A stretch of DNA of 64,000 nucleotides from Opitutia bacterium (GTDB lineage Bacteria > Verrucomicrobiota > Verrucomicrobiia > Opitutales > T3Sed10-336), in NCBI GenBank assembly GCA_050506795.1, contig JBJHCF010000007.1, positions 75,928 to 139,927 of the forward strand, given 5' to 3'. Under the pieces are notes generated by a model. The model was not told the DNA's origin. It saw only the letters and a program-made list of their open reading frames with translations, and did no database searches. Made by a program: the position numbers and the translations under genes. This document shows positions 20,056-29,092 of the stretch, piece after piece (the first letter of the stretch is position 1; every line of letters begins with the position of its first letter).

Positions 20056-20826
20056 ATGAAACCTACCTCGATTCGATTCCCCTTCCTGGCAACCCTCTTC
20101 CTCTCGGCAAGTTTACCGCTGCAGGCGGCCGACGCCGCGGCGACCGGCGGGCAGCTCAGTCTATGGAGCCTGCTGCAACAGGGAGGCTGGGCCATGTATC
20201 CTCTGGCGGCCTGTTCGATTGCCATGTTTTTCCTGATCTTTCACTGCGTCCGGGAAACCGCGCCGGCAAGGTTCATACCACCCAATGCCCTTCCCCACCT
20301 GGCATCGCTGCTGGAGTCGCGTCGCATCGAGGAAACCATGGCCCACCTGGATGCCACACCCGGCGCACTGTCCCGAGCGCTCCGTCCGGCATTGCAGAAA
20401 GCACGTCCCGACCTCGCCGATGCCGGCAAGGAACAGGTGGAATTCGCGCTGGCCGAAGCGCTCGAGCACGAGGAGAACGGAATCTCGCAATGGATCACCT
20501 ACCTGAACGTGGTCGCCAGTGTCGCCCCCATGATCGGCCTGCTCGGCACGGTCAGCGGAATGATAGGGGCCTTTCAAACCATATCGCTTGGCGGCATGGG
20601 GCGTCCGGAGTTGCTCGCCGGCGACATCGGCCAGGCCCTGGTCACCACCGCCACCGGACTGACCATCGGTATTCCCGCGATGATCGCCTATTTCGTCCTG
20701 CGCAACCGCCTGGAAAACCGCATGCTCGAAACCACCCGCGGCGCCACCGAACTCATCGACACCCTGGCCGCCGGATACGCCTTCGAAGGAGAAGCCGAGG
20801 CACAGGAAGAAATCGAGCGGATTTGA
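20056..20826 (+). CDS. MotA/TolQ/ExbB proton channel family protein
   Basis: GGWAMYPL, APMIGLLGTVSGMI, IGQALVTTATGL. Confidence 0.92.
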   Translation: MKPTSIRFPFLATLFLSASLPLQAADAAATGGQLSLWSLLQQGGWAMYPLAACSIAMFFLIFHCVRETAPARFIPPNALPHLASLLESRRIEETMAHLDATPGALSRALRPALQKARPDLADAGKEQVEFALAEALEHEENGISQWITYLNVVASVAPMIGLLGTVSGMIGAFQTISLGGMGRPELLAGDIGQALVTTATGLTIGIPAMIAYFVLRNRLENRMLETTRGATELIDTLAAGYAFEGEAEAQEEIERI

Positions 20827-20844
20827 TCCGAACGCCTAAAAAGA

Positions 20845-21252
20845 ATGAATCACCACGAAGAGCACAAAGTGCACGAAGAAATACAATTCGAAGCGCTTTC
20901 ACACCGTGTGATCGGTTGCGCAATTGAAGTGCATCGCGTTCTTGGACCTGGCCTGCTGGAATCGTCCTACCAAAGATGCCTGAGTCATGAATTGGAACTA
21001 AAAGGGATCGAGCATCTGTGCGAAACACCACTTCCCATCGAATACAAAGAAACTTCCCTGGAATGCGGTTATCGCGTTGATTTATTGGTTGCCAATGCTC
21101 TGATCATCGAGCTGAAAAGCGTAAGGAAAATCGACCCCATTCACGAAGCCCAGATTCTGACCTACATGAAGTTATCCGGCGTTCGGACAGGACTTATTTT
21201 GAACTTCAATGTATCGAAACTCAAAGAGGGAATAAAACGCTACGTCCTCTAA
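20845..21252 (+). CDS. GxxExxY protein (PD-(D/E)XK-like nuclease fold)
   Basis: EVHRVLGPGLLESSYQ, YRVDLLV, IIELKSV, AQILTY, GLILNF. Confidence 0.92.
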   Translation: MNHHEEHKVHEEIQFEALSHRVIGCAIEVHRVLGPGLLESSYQRCLSHELELKGIEHLCETPLPIEYKETSLECGYRVDLLVANALIIELKSVRKIDPIHEAQILTYMKLSGVRTGLILNFNVSKLKEGIKRYVL

Positions 21253-21290
21253 TCCCCTACTCTTCGTGCCCTTCGCGCTCTTCGTGGTGA
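20850..21290. mobile_element. Putative inverted-repeat-bounded element carrying the GxxExxY gene
   Basis: 30-bp inverted repeats at 20850-20879 and 21261-21290, 27/30 match, three CACGAAG-type 9-bp units per arm. Confidence 0.6.
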
Positions 21291-21314
21291 AAACGAATCT
21301 GGGACCAGCCGGTC

Positions 21315-24300
21315 CTATCCGCGTTCGCCGGCCAGCTCAGGGACGCCGGTGTGTTCCGGCTCGGTTCGCTGCCGTTCGGAATTGAAGCGCATGGACACCA
21401 CTTTGGACACACCCTTCTCCTCCATAGTCACTCCGAAAATCGCCTGAGCTTCCGAGATGGTGCGTTTGTTGTGGGTGATGATCAGGAACTGCGATTCCTG
21501 AGTGAACTCTCTGAGCATTCCGGTGAAACGACCGATATTCGCCTCGTCCAGGGGAGCGTCCAACTCGTCCAGCACACAGAACGGACTGGGCTTGACCATG
21601 TAAATGGCAAAAAGAAGGGCCACCGCGGTCATGGTTTTTTGTCCGCCGGAAAGCAGCACGATCCCCTTGAGCTTGGTGCCCGGGGGCTGAGCGATAATAT
21701 CGATTCCGGCCTCCAGGGGGTCCTCCGACTCCAGGAGTTCGAGGTTGGCCTTGCCGCCGCCAAAAAGACTTTGGAAGGTGTAGGTGAAGTTCTTGGTGAT
21801 CTGCTCGAATATCTCTTTAAACTGCGCCGTCGAGCGCTCGTTGATATCGTCGATCGCGCGCAGCAACTCGTCGCGGGATTCCACCAGGTCGGAGTGTTGC
21901 GTATTGAGGAATTCATGACGTTCCTTCAGTTCCACGTACTCCTCGATCGCGACCAGGTTTACCGGTCCCATGGAGTGAATGCGCGACCGCAGGGTGTCGA
22001 TTTCCGCTTTCACCGCCGACCAGTCCGTATCGTCCATGGCGGCGCGGTCTTCATCGGTCATGTCGGGGCGCGGCCCCGCGGTCTTGCGTTTGCGCTTGGG
22101 CGTGTCCTCGTCGTCGTCCAGATCCAGCGGGTGCGGTCCGGCGGGCTCGTCTTCCGCCCGCCAAAGGCATTCCCGCCAATCGACTTCGGGCAATGAAAGC
22201 TCGTATTCGCGCTCGATTTCCTCCAGCAGATAATCGCGCCGCGATTTTCGCTCCGCCTGCCTGACCTGAAGTGCATTGAGCTCGCTGCGACGCTTGTCCA
22301 GTTCGGTCCGACGGTCATGCACCGCTTTTTCCGCGGCGGTAATTTCCTCCTCCACGGACGAGTACTGCCGACGAACCTTCTCGACGTTTTCCTGGGCGGA
22401 CTTGAGTTCGGTCTCCGCCGCCGCGGCGTTCTCCTTCTGTTGAATGTTTTCCTTGCGAAGGGATTCAATCTGCTCACCCAGACGCTCGATTTCCTGGCGC
22501 CGGTGTTCGATTCCGCGTTGAAGCTCCGCGGTTTTGGTTTCCATTTCGCTGAGCCCGCGATCCAGCATTTCCAGACGCTGTTTTTTCTGCGCCAGATCGA
22601 ACCGGGCCTCGGAAAGCTTCTCCCGCTCCTGCTCCAATTCTGTCCGAGTAGACCGGATGCGCTCCTCGCAGGTCGCGATCGCCGCCTTGTGGTCATCGAG
22701 CGCCTTTTCGGCTTCCGCCAGTTTCCGCCGCAGCGTGTCGGATTCCTCATGGGCGGCGGCCCGGCGGGCCTGAAGCTTTTCCCGGTCCGACACCAGGCGC
22801 GCGGATCGGCTCAAGGTTTCCTCCCGCGCCTTTTCCGCGCTGCGGAGCTCGGTTTCCAGGGAAGTCCGTTTGCCGGAGGCATCTCTCACGTTCACGTGAG
22901 CGGTTTCGACACCCTTTTCCGCCTCCTCCAGGCTCGTTTGCAACGCTTCGGCTTCCTCCTTGAGTGCCGTAAGACGCTTCTGCTCGGCGGCGATCTCCTT
23001 TTTCAGATCACGAATTTCCGACTCCCGCTGCAGGATCGAATTTCCCTTGCCTTTGTGATACCCGCCAAACACCAGACCGCGCCGATCGATCAACTCGCCT
23101 TTGGCCGTGACAACATGCTGGAAGTCGAAATCGGGCCGAGTTTTCCAGAATTCGAAAAAGGCAGCCGCATCCGCGGCAAAATAACTGCGAGCCAGCAGAT
23201 CGCCCAGGGGATGCCCGGCATCGTCACCGTCGCCCTCGACGGTGAACAACTCGGCCGCGGGTTTAATGGTCGGAGGCAGATCGGACGACCGATCGGAACG
23301 CCCGTTTCCCTCCGGGAAAAAAGAAAGGCAAGCCTTGCCCATCTTGCGTTCGTCGAGAACATGCAGCACCCGGAGAGCCACCTCCGGGTCCTTGACCGCC
23401 ACGGAATCGATAGCCGATCCGAGGAGGGTCTCCAGGGCCGGAGCACAGTCCGGTTTAGCCTGGATATTGCGTGTGAGCGGGAAATATTCCGTACCCTCGG
23501 GCAGGACTTCATCCAGTTTCCCCTGCAGGAGCGCTTTGGCGCCCTCGCTAAACCCTTCCAGCTTTTCCTGCAACTGCTGCAGAACCCGCAAACGGGCGTT
23601 ATTCTGCGCCACCGCCCGGTCGGACACCTGGATTTCCGCCTGTTTGGCGCGATAAGCATCACGGCCGCCGACCACCCTGGCGCGAGCCTCCTCCAGGGCC
23701 TGTTGAGCGGCCGCCTGGTCTTCCTCGGCCGCTTTCATGGCATCCGCAAACCGGGCGAGACTTTCGTCGGCGGCGACCTTTTCCTTCTCCAGCGACGCGA
23801 TCTCCTCATCCAACCCGGCGGCGCGAACCTCATCCGATTTGAGACTGAGATCGAACTCCGTATTCCTGGAACGCAGGCGGACCGCCTCGTTCTCCGCCTT
23901 CAGCAGATTCTGTTTCTCGGCGCCCAGGGCCTTTTCCTCCTCGGCGAGGCGCGCCTGCAACGCCCGCACCTCCTGATCGCGGGTTTGAAAGAAGCGATCG
24001 GAGTTCGCCACCACCTCGTGCTGCTCCTTTTTGGTTTGGGCACTGCCGACCACCTCCTCGCTGGTTGCGGAGAGCTCCTTCTCCATCCGCTCGATTTCTT
24101 TGGTGGCGTCGGCCAGACGGCCGGAATAATCCTCGCCCCGCGCTTCGGCGAGGCGGGCGGCGTTTTCCGCCTGTTCCTTGCGGGAACGCAGGTCGAAAAC
24201 CGCCTGCTGCGCTTCCTGCAATCGCGAGTTAAGGGCGCTCCGCTCCGCTTTTCTTTCCTCAATGGCCGATTCACGGCTCTCCAGATCGGCGGTTTCGCGC

Positions 24301-25067
24301 GCGACATCGGTCTGCAAAGCGGTCAGCTTTTCCTCAAGGCCGCCGAGTTCCTCCTCAAGAATACTGTACTGGTGGCCGTTATAGGCCAGATCCAGCTTTT
24401 CCAGGCGGTGCCGAATCTTCTTGTAGCGAAGGGCCTTGCTGGCCTGACGGCGCAAAGTGTTGATCTGGCGACGAACCTCGTCGAGCACATCGGTCAACCT
24501 CGCCAGGTTGCCTTCCACCAGTTTCAGCTTGTTCAGCGCCTCGCGCCGCTGGCTTTTGTATTTGGTGATTCCGGCGGCCTCCTCGAAGATCGCCCGCCGT
24601 TCCACCGGGTTGGAGGAAAGAATCTGGTCGATCTGGCCCTGGGCCATAATGGAATAGGACGAGCGACCAATTCCGGTATCCATAAAAATGCGCTGGATAT
24701 CCTTGAGGCGGCAGGCCTTGCCGTTGAGGAAATAATCGCTCTGTCCGTCGCGGGAAACCCGGCGGGTGATTTCCACCTCGTGAAATCCGTCGCCCAGGAG
24801 CGGTTCACATTCGGTGAAAACCAATGAGACTTCGCAGAGTTGAACCGGTTTGCGCTGATCGGTACCCTCGAAAATAACATCCTGCATCTTGCCGCCGCGC
24901 AACGCCTTGGCGCTTTGCTCTCCGAGAACCCAGCGAATCGCATCCGCGATATTGCTCTTGCCGCAGCCGTTGGGGCCGACGATGGCGGTAACTCCGGTGT
25001 CGAAGGTCAGCTTGGTCGGATCGGCGAAGCTTTTGAAGCCGTTTACTCTGAGTTCGCGAAGGTACAT
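21315..25067 (-). CDS. smc: Chromosome segregation protein SMC
   Basis: GFKSF, GPNGCGKSN, coiled coils and hinge, LSGGQ, LDELDAPLD. Confidence 0.96.
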   Translation of the reverse strand: MYLRELRVNGFKSFADPTKLTFDTGVTAIVGPNGCGKSNIADAIRWVLGEQSAKALRGGKMQDVIFEGTDQRKPVQLCEVSLVFTECEPLLGDGFHEVEITRRVSRDGQSDYFLNGKACRLKDIQRIFMDTGIGRSSYSIMAQGQIDQILSSNPVERRAIFEEAAGITKYKSQRREALNKLKLVEGNLARLTDVLDEVRRQINTLRRQASKALRYKKIRHRLEKLDLAYNGHQYSILEEELGGLEEKLTALQTDVARETADLESRESAIEERKAERSALNSRLQEAQQAVFDLRSRKEQAENAARLAEARGEDYSGRLADATKEIERMEKELSATSEEVVGSAQTKKEQHEVVANSDRFFQTRDQEVRALQARLAEEEKALGAEKQNLLKAENEAVRLRSRNTEFDLSLKSDEVRAAGLDEEIASLEKEKVAADESLARFADAMKAAEEDQAAAQQALEEARARVVGGRDAYRAKQAEIQVSDRAVAQNNARLRVLQQLQEKLEGFSEGAKALLQGKLDEVLPEGTEYFPLTRNIQAKPDCAPALETLLGSAIDSVAVKDPEVALRVLHVLDERKMGKACLSFFPEGNGRSDRSSDLPPTIKPAAELFTVEGDGDDAGHPLGDLLARSYFAADAAAFFEFWKTRPDFDFQHVVTAKGELIDRRGLVFGGYHKGKGNSILQRESEIRDLKKEIAAEQKRLTALKEEAEALQTSLEEAEKGVETAHVNVRDASGKRTSLETELRSAEKAREETLSRSARLVSDREKLQARRAAAHEESDTLRRKLAEAEKALDDHKAAIATCEERIRSTRTELEQEREKLSEARFDLAQKKQRLEMLDRGLSEMETKTAELQRGIEHRRQEIERLGEQIESLRKENIQQKENAAAAETELKSAQENVEKVRRQYSSVEEEITAAEKAVHDRRTELDKRRSELNALQVRQAERKSRRDYLLEEIEREYELSLPEVDWRECLWRAEDEPAGPHPLDLDDDEDTPKRKRKTAGPRPDMTDEDRAAMDDTDWSAVKAEIDTLRSRIHSMGPVNLVAIEEYVELKERHEFLNTQHSDLVESRDELLRAIDDINERSTAQFKEIFEQITKNFTYTFQSLFGGGKANLELLESEDPLEAGIDIIAQPPGTKLKGIVLLSGGQKTMTAVALLFAIYMVKPSPFCVLDELDAPLDEANIGRFTGMLREFTQESQFLIITHNKRTISEAQAIFGVTMEEKGVSKVVSMRFNSERQRTEPEHTGVPELAGERG

Positions 25068-25090
25068 GCAGGAGGGGAAAGTCGAATGGT

Positions 25091-26104
25091 TTAAAAAAAG
25101 AAGGCTTCCGCCAGTTCCCGATCGAGGGACAGCAGTCGCACCGAAAACGGCAGCACGGATTCGCCACGGTCGAGCCGGGCGCGAATTTCACCCTTGTTGG
25201 CCTCAAAATCGGCCTGCCAGCAAAAGAAGCGTCCGTCACTGTAGTCGCAAAGCAACACAAAAGGAAACTCGTCCTCGTCGGCCGGTGTGAGCTGGGCGGC
25301 GGGGATCTGGTCAATGCCTCCCGGGCCCGCACAGGCTTTCAGACGTTCCCTGAACCACGCGGCCAGGACGCGCGCTTCGGCCTTCCATCGGGGGGCGTGT
25401 CGCAGTTCGAGGTGCCGCAAATCGCTCCCTAATCGAACGGGATCGAAGCTGCTGAGAAACTGTCCGATGGACTGCCTGACGGGCAACAACCGGGCGTCCA
25501 CAAGATCGCGTACCCGGCCCGGGTGAGGCCACTCGATGGAGGCGACTTCCGGAGTTTCCAGGCCGGAATCGTAGACAATACGCTTACAGACCTTGTGGAA
25601 GGACAAATACTGACCGGCGTTGCGGCCGGAGGCGAAACGATGAAACCAGTAATAGGTCGGCAAATCGTTTTCCAGGAGGATGGAGACCTGATTCTCCAGG
25701 AAATCGTTTCCACCCCCCGGATAGGAAAGAATCAACGCTTCGCAACAGGAGCGGTCGCGTCGCGTTTTGCCGACATAACATTCGGCGAACACCTTGAGGG
25801 TCATCAGGGTTTCGCTGCGCCGTTGGTATTCCGGGCACAAAACGATGATGCGGCAGGGATAACGCCGAGCGAAGCGCAGCGCGCCGGAAAAGGCGTTAAG
25901 CGCATCGTCCGCCGTGGTTTCGCGCCCCAGGTGTATGATGAGATTCATCTGGGAGGCGCGGAATTCGGCCGGTTCCTGGCCCGGACCGGACGGGGCCTCC
26001 CACATCCCCGCCAGAGCGGATTGCACGTCGGCCACCGGAATCTCCAGCCCGGGAAGAGCGGAAAAAATATTCTCAGGGATCGAGCTCATCGTTTGCGCAG
26101 CCAT
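25091..26104 (-). CDS. opcA: Glucose-6-phosphate dehydrogenase assembly protein OpcA-like (start 26104 or 26089)
   Basis: Directly downstream of zwf; RASQMNL, YPCRII, DLPTYYW, RIVYDS. Confidence 0.7.
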   Translation of the reverse strand: MAAQTMSSIPENIFSALPGLEIPVADVQSALAGMWEAPSGPGQEPAEFRASQMNLIIHLGRETTADDALNAFSGALRFARRYPCRIIVLCPEYQRRSETLMTLKVFAECYVGKTRRDRSCCEALILSYPGGGNDFLENQVSILLENDLPTYYWFHRFASGRNAGQYLSFHKVCKRIVYDSGLETPEVASIEWPHPGRVRDLVDARLLPVRQSIGQFLSSFDPVRLGSDLRHLELRHAPRWKAEARVLAAWFRERLKACAGPGGIDQIPAAQLTPADEDEFPFVLLCDYSDGRFFCWQADFEANKGEIRARLDRGESVLPFSVRLLSLDRELAEAFFF

Positions 26105-26123
26105 GAAAGAGAAAGGTTTTGCT

Positions 26124-27677
26124 TCAGGGACCGGCGCGCCGCCATTCGTGACGGTTGTCCCAGAGGAGACGCTCGGCCGCCAGAGGCCCCCAGGAACCGG
26201 CGACATAGCCTTCCATGCCGCGCCGCCCGAGGCTACGCCAAGATTCGAGAATTGGAGTAATCAGGCGCCAGGAAGCTTCGGTTTCGTCGCCCCGGATAAA
26301 GAGAGTGCTGTCCCCGACCATGGCGTCAAGAATCAGCCGCTCGTAGGCTTCCGGTGTGTTCGACCCGTAAGTGGTCCGGTACCGGAAGTGCATTTTGACC
26401 GGCTGGGTACGGGTTTCCAGGCCGGGAATCTTGGAATTCAACAGAAGGGTCGTCCCTTCGTCGGGCTGGATCTGGATCACCATGGTGTTGGAAGCCAGGT
26501 CGAAACGTTCGGCATCGCTGAACAGGATGCCGGGAGGCCGTTTAAACTGAACCGCGATCTCGCTGACCCGCCGGGCCATCCGTTTACCGGAACGCATGTA
26601 GAAGGGCACCCCGGCCCAGCGCCAGTTGTTAATGTTGAGCCGCAGAGCGGTGTAGGTTTCGGTGGAGGAATCGTCGGCCACGCCTTCCTCGTCGACATAG
26701 CCCGGAACCTTGCGCCCTGCGACCAGCCCCTCGGTGTACTGCGCGCGGACCACGTCGGGTTTGGTTTCGTCCACGCTGACGGGCTGAATGGCTTTCAGGA
26801 GCTTGACCTTCTCGTCGCGAATCGCCTCGGGATCGAGGGACACGGGGGGTTCCATGGCGATCAGACTGAGGAGCTGCATGGTGTGGTTCTGGACCATGTC
26901 CCGCATGGCCCCGCTCTGTTCGTAATACCCGCCGCGCGAACCGACTCCGAGATCCTCCGCCACCGTGATCTGTACGCATTCGACGTAGCGGCGGTTCCAG
27001 AGCGGTTCGAAAATCGTGTTGGCGAAACGCTGCACCAGCAGATCCTGAACCGTTTCCTTACCCAGGTAATGGTCGATCCGATAAACCTGACGCTCTTCGA
27101 ACTGCTGGGTGATGACCCGGTTCAGGTCACGGGCGGAATCCAGATCGCTGCCAAACGGCTTTTCGATCACCACCTTGGAGGCGAACGGTGTGTGCTGGTG
27201 CCTTCGGGCCAGACCGCTGGCGCCAAGATTTTCGAGAATCGGCTTAAAAACGGACGGCGGAGTGGAAATGTAGAACAACGCCTGCACCTCTCTCCCAAGA
27301 TCCTTTTCAATCACTTCGATCCGTTCACGCAGGCGGTCGAACGCCGGCCGCTCGTCGTACCCCCCTTGATGGTACACCGTGTTGCGGCCCACCCGTTCCC
27401 AGATGTCGGAATTGAAGTCGCGCCGGGAAAAGGTGCCGACCGACTCCGCCACCGTGCGCCGAAAAGCCTCGTCGGCCATTTCCTTGCGACCATAGCCGAT
27501 CAGGTGAAACTCGGGCGGAAGGAGATTGTCGAGACTCAGATTGTAGATCGCCGGCGCCAATTTGCGGGCGGTCAGGTCGCCGGAAGCACCGAAAATGACC
27601 ACCACCGTCGGAGGCGCGCCCCGGTGTTTGCTCAAACCCTGGAGGAAGGGATGTCTTTGCTTCTCGTCGGTCAGCAT
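26124..27677 (-). CDS. zwf: Glucose-6-phosphate 1-dehydrogenase
   Basis: FGASGDL, EKPFG, RIDHYLGKE, RDMVQNH, EAYERL. Confidence 0.97.
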   Translation of the reverse strand: MLTDEKQRHPFLQGLSKHRGAPPTVVVIFGASGDLTARKLAPAIYNLSLDNLLPPEFHLIGYGRKEMADEAFRRTVAESVGTFSRRDFNSDIWERVGRNTVYHQGGYDERPAFDRLRERIEVIEKDLGREVQALFYISTPPSVFKPILENLGASGLARRHQHTPFASKVVIEKPFGSDLDSARDLNRVITQQFEERQVYRIDHYLGKETVQDLLVQRFANTIFEPLWNRRYVECVQITVAEDLGVGSRGGYYEQSGAMRDMVQNHTMQLLSLIAMEPPVSLDPEAIRDEKVKLLKAIQPVSVDETKPDVVRAQYTEGLVAGRKVPGYVDEEGVADDSSTETYTALRLNINNWRWAGVPFYMRSGKRMARRVSEIAVQFKRPPGILFSDAERFDLASNTMVIQIQPDEGTTLLLNSKIPGLETRTQPVKMHFRYRTTYGSNTPEAYERLILDAMVGDSTLFIRGDETEASWRLITPILESWRSLGRRGMEGYVAGSWGPLAAERLLWDNRHEWRRAGP

Positions 27678-27760
27678 AAAGGCCCCAACTGACAATCAAA
27701 AATCCCGGAACACAAGCCTTAATCCGGGGACGCCCCCCGCCATGCGGGAGTCTCCAAAGC

Positions 27761-28222
27761 CTAACGCGCCCGGAAGCTTTTGGCAAACAGCGGGATGTTC
27801 TCGAAGTGGAGAATTCGCCGATCCGGAGGAGCTTGCAGATTGACCTCGACGACATCGAAACGGAAGGCGTTCGGTTTGTCGCGCAACCGGCGCAGGTAGG
27901 TCCGAATCGCCCGGCGCAGTGCGTCCTTCTTGCGCCGGTCCACAGCCGCGTAATAACCGGGCACCAACCCCTCCGAACGGCGCGTCTTGACCTCGACAAA
28001 CACGAGCACCCCGTCGTGGCTGGCCACCAGATCGATTTCCTCCCGCCCGTCACGCCAATTGCGTGCCAGCACCCGGAACCCGCCGACCCGCACCAGATAT
28101 TCCTCGGCCAGGCGCTCGCCTTCACAACCGGTAAGTCGGGCATCGAAATCACGGTCATCCCGCGGCCGGGGTCTGCCAAAGGGTAGTTTCACCAACCCAG
28201 CCAAAACCACCCCCCCAACCAC
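27761..28222 (-). CDS. yraN: YraN/UPF0102 family putative endonuclease (start uncertain)
   Basis: GERLAEEYL, RNWR, EIDLV, VFVEVKTR, FRFDVV. Confidence 0.88.
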   Translation of the reverse strand: MVGGVVLAGLVKLPFGRPRPRDDRDFDARLTGCEGERLAEEYLVRVGGFRVLARNWRDGREEIDLVASHDGVLVFVEVKTRRSEGLVPGYYAAVDRRKKDALRRAIRTYLRRLRDKPNAFRFDVVEVNLQAPPDRRILHFENIPLFAKSFRAR

Positions 28223-28248
28223 GGCAAGGGGAATTTTGGTCCGCCTCA

Positions 28249-28319
28249 GGGCATTTTCATTTGGCCTCTGAAGGCCGCATGAAAAAGCATTTCAGATCAA
28301 AAATTTGAAATTTGAGATT
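28249..28319. repeat. Dispersed repeat, copy 2 (see 13598-13666)
   Basis: TTTTCAT...GCCGCATGAAAA.GCATTT...AAAATTTGA.ATTTGA.AT shared with copy 1. Confidence 0.75.
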
Positions 28320-28371
28320 CTTCGCCAGGGAATCCGGATCAAAGCCCGCAAATAAAATGGCCGCGGTGTCC

Positions 28372-28819
28372 GCCTTCGCTCTTCGCAAGATCAGAAATGC
28401 CTGCGAGCGAATTCTCGTCCGGAACCGGACTTCATGTAACGCTCGAATTCACGTGCTTTTCGGTAACATCGAAATCGGACCACCGTTTCGAACTCCCATG
28501 GCCGGTATTTCGCCGTATGCGACACCGCGCCGTGGTTGTGACGTCGAAGGCGCTCATTCAGATTTACCGTATAACCCGTATAACGTCGTTCTCTGTCGCT
28601 CAAACTGATCAAAATGTAGACGTAATAACAGGGGCTCGTCGCGGGGTCAGCCATTGGTCGAGGAGTTCTTGTTTTTCTGCTTGGAGAGGGGTGATTTTCG
28701 GCTGGCTGGCCAAGCCGTAGCCTCGCAGCTTTCGGCAGCAGGGGTCCGCCTGCGCTCCGCTGACGCGGAGTCTCCGGCGTGACAGCCTTCGCTCTTCGCG
28801 TTGCTGCGAGCGAAGGCTG
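28372..28819. mobile_element. Repeat-bounded GIY-YIG module at the tRNA-Ala 3' end
   Basis: 15-bp direct repeat GCCTTCGCTCTTCGC at 28372 and 28785; 12-bp-stem hairpin 28783-28819 overlapping the tRNA CCA. Confidence 0.5.
28391..28654 (-). CDS. Small GIY-YIG nuclease family protein
   Basis: YYVYIL...YTGYT.NL..RLRRHN.G...T.KYRPW...E...K. Confidence 0.88.
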   Translation of the reverse strand: MADPATSPCYYVYILISLSDRERRYTGYTVNLNERLRRHNHGAVSHTAKYRPWEFETVVRFRCYRKAREFERYMKSGSGREFARRHF

Positions 28820-28893
28820 GTGGAGCCGATCGGGATCGAACCGACGACCTCGTCATTGCGAACGACGCGCTCTTCCAACTGAGCTACGGCCCC
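28818..28893 (-). tRNA. tRNA-Ala(CGC)
   Basis: Reverse complement GGGGCCGTAGCTCAGTTGGAAGAGCGCGTCGTTCGCAATGACGAGGTCGTCGGTTCGATCCCGATCGGCTCCACCA. Confidence 0.96.
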
Positions 28894-29092
28894 AATTGCC
28901 TAAACCCGCAGATTGAGAGAAATCGGGAAGCGAGTAAATCACGAATTTCGCCACTCCGCCCCGAAACCGCCACCAGCGCCGATTTTTCCATCGGAAACCG
29001 CTTAATGGTCTTGTGTTTGGCGGGAGTTTCCGCTTTTCTCCTGCTTGGAGACGTACTCCCATCACTGATTCCAGCAAATCGACTCAACTCGT

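Noticed and set aside
22317..24827. Long antisense ORFs (836 aa opposite smc, 589 aa opposite the ATPase, 592 aa opposite zwf, and others)
   Set aside because: These are shadow ORFs of real genes, expected from high-GC codon bias.
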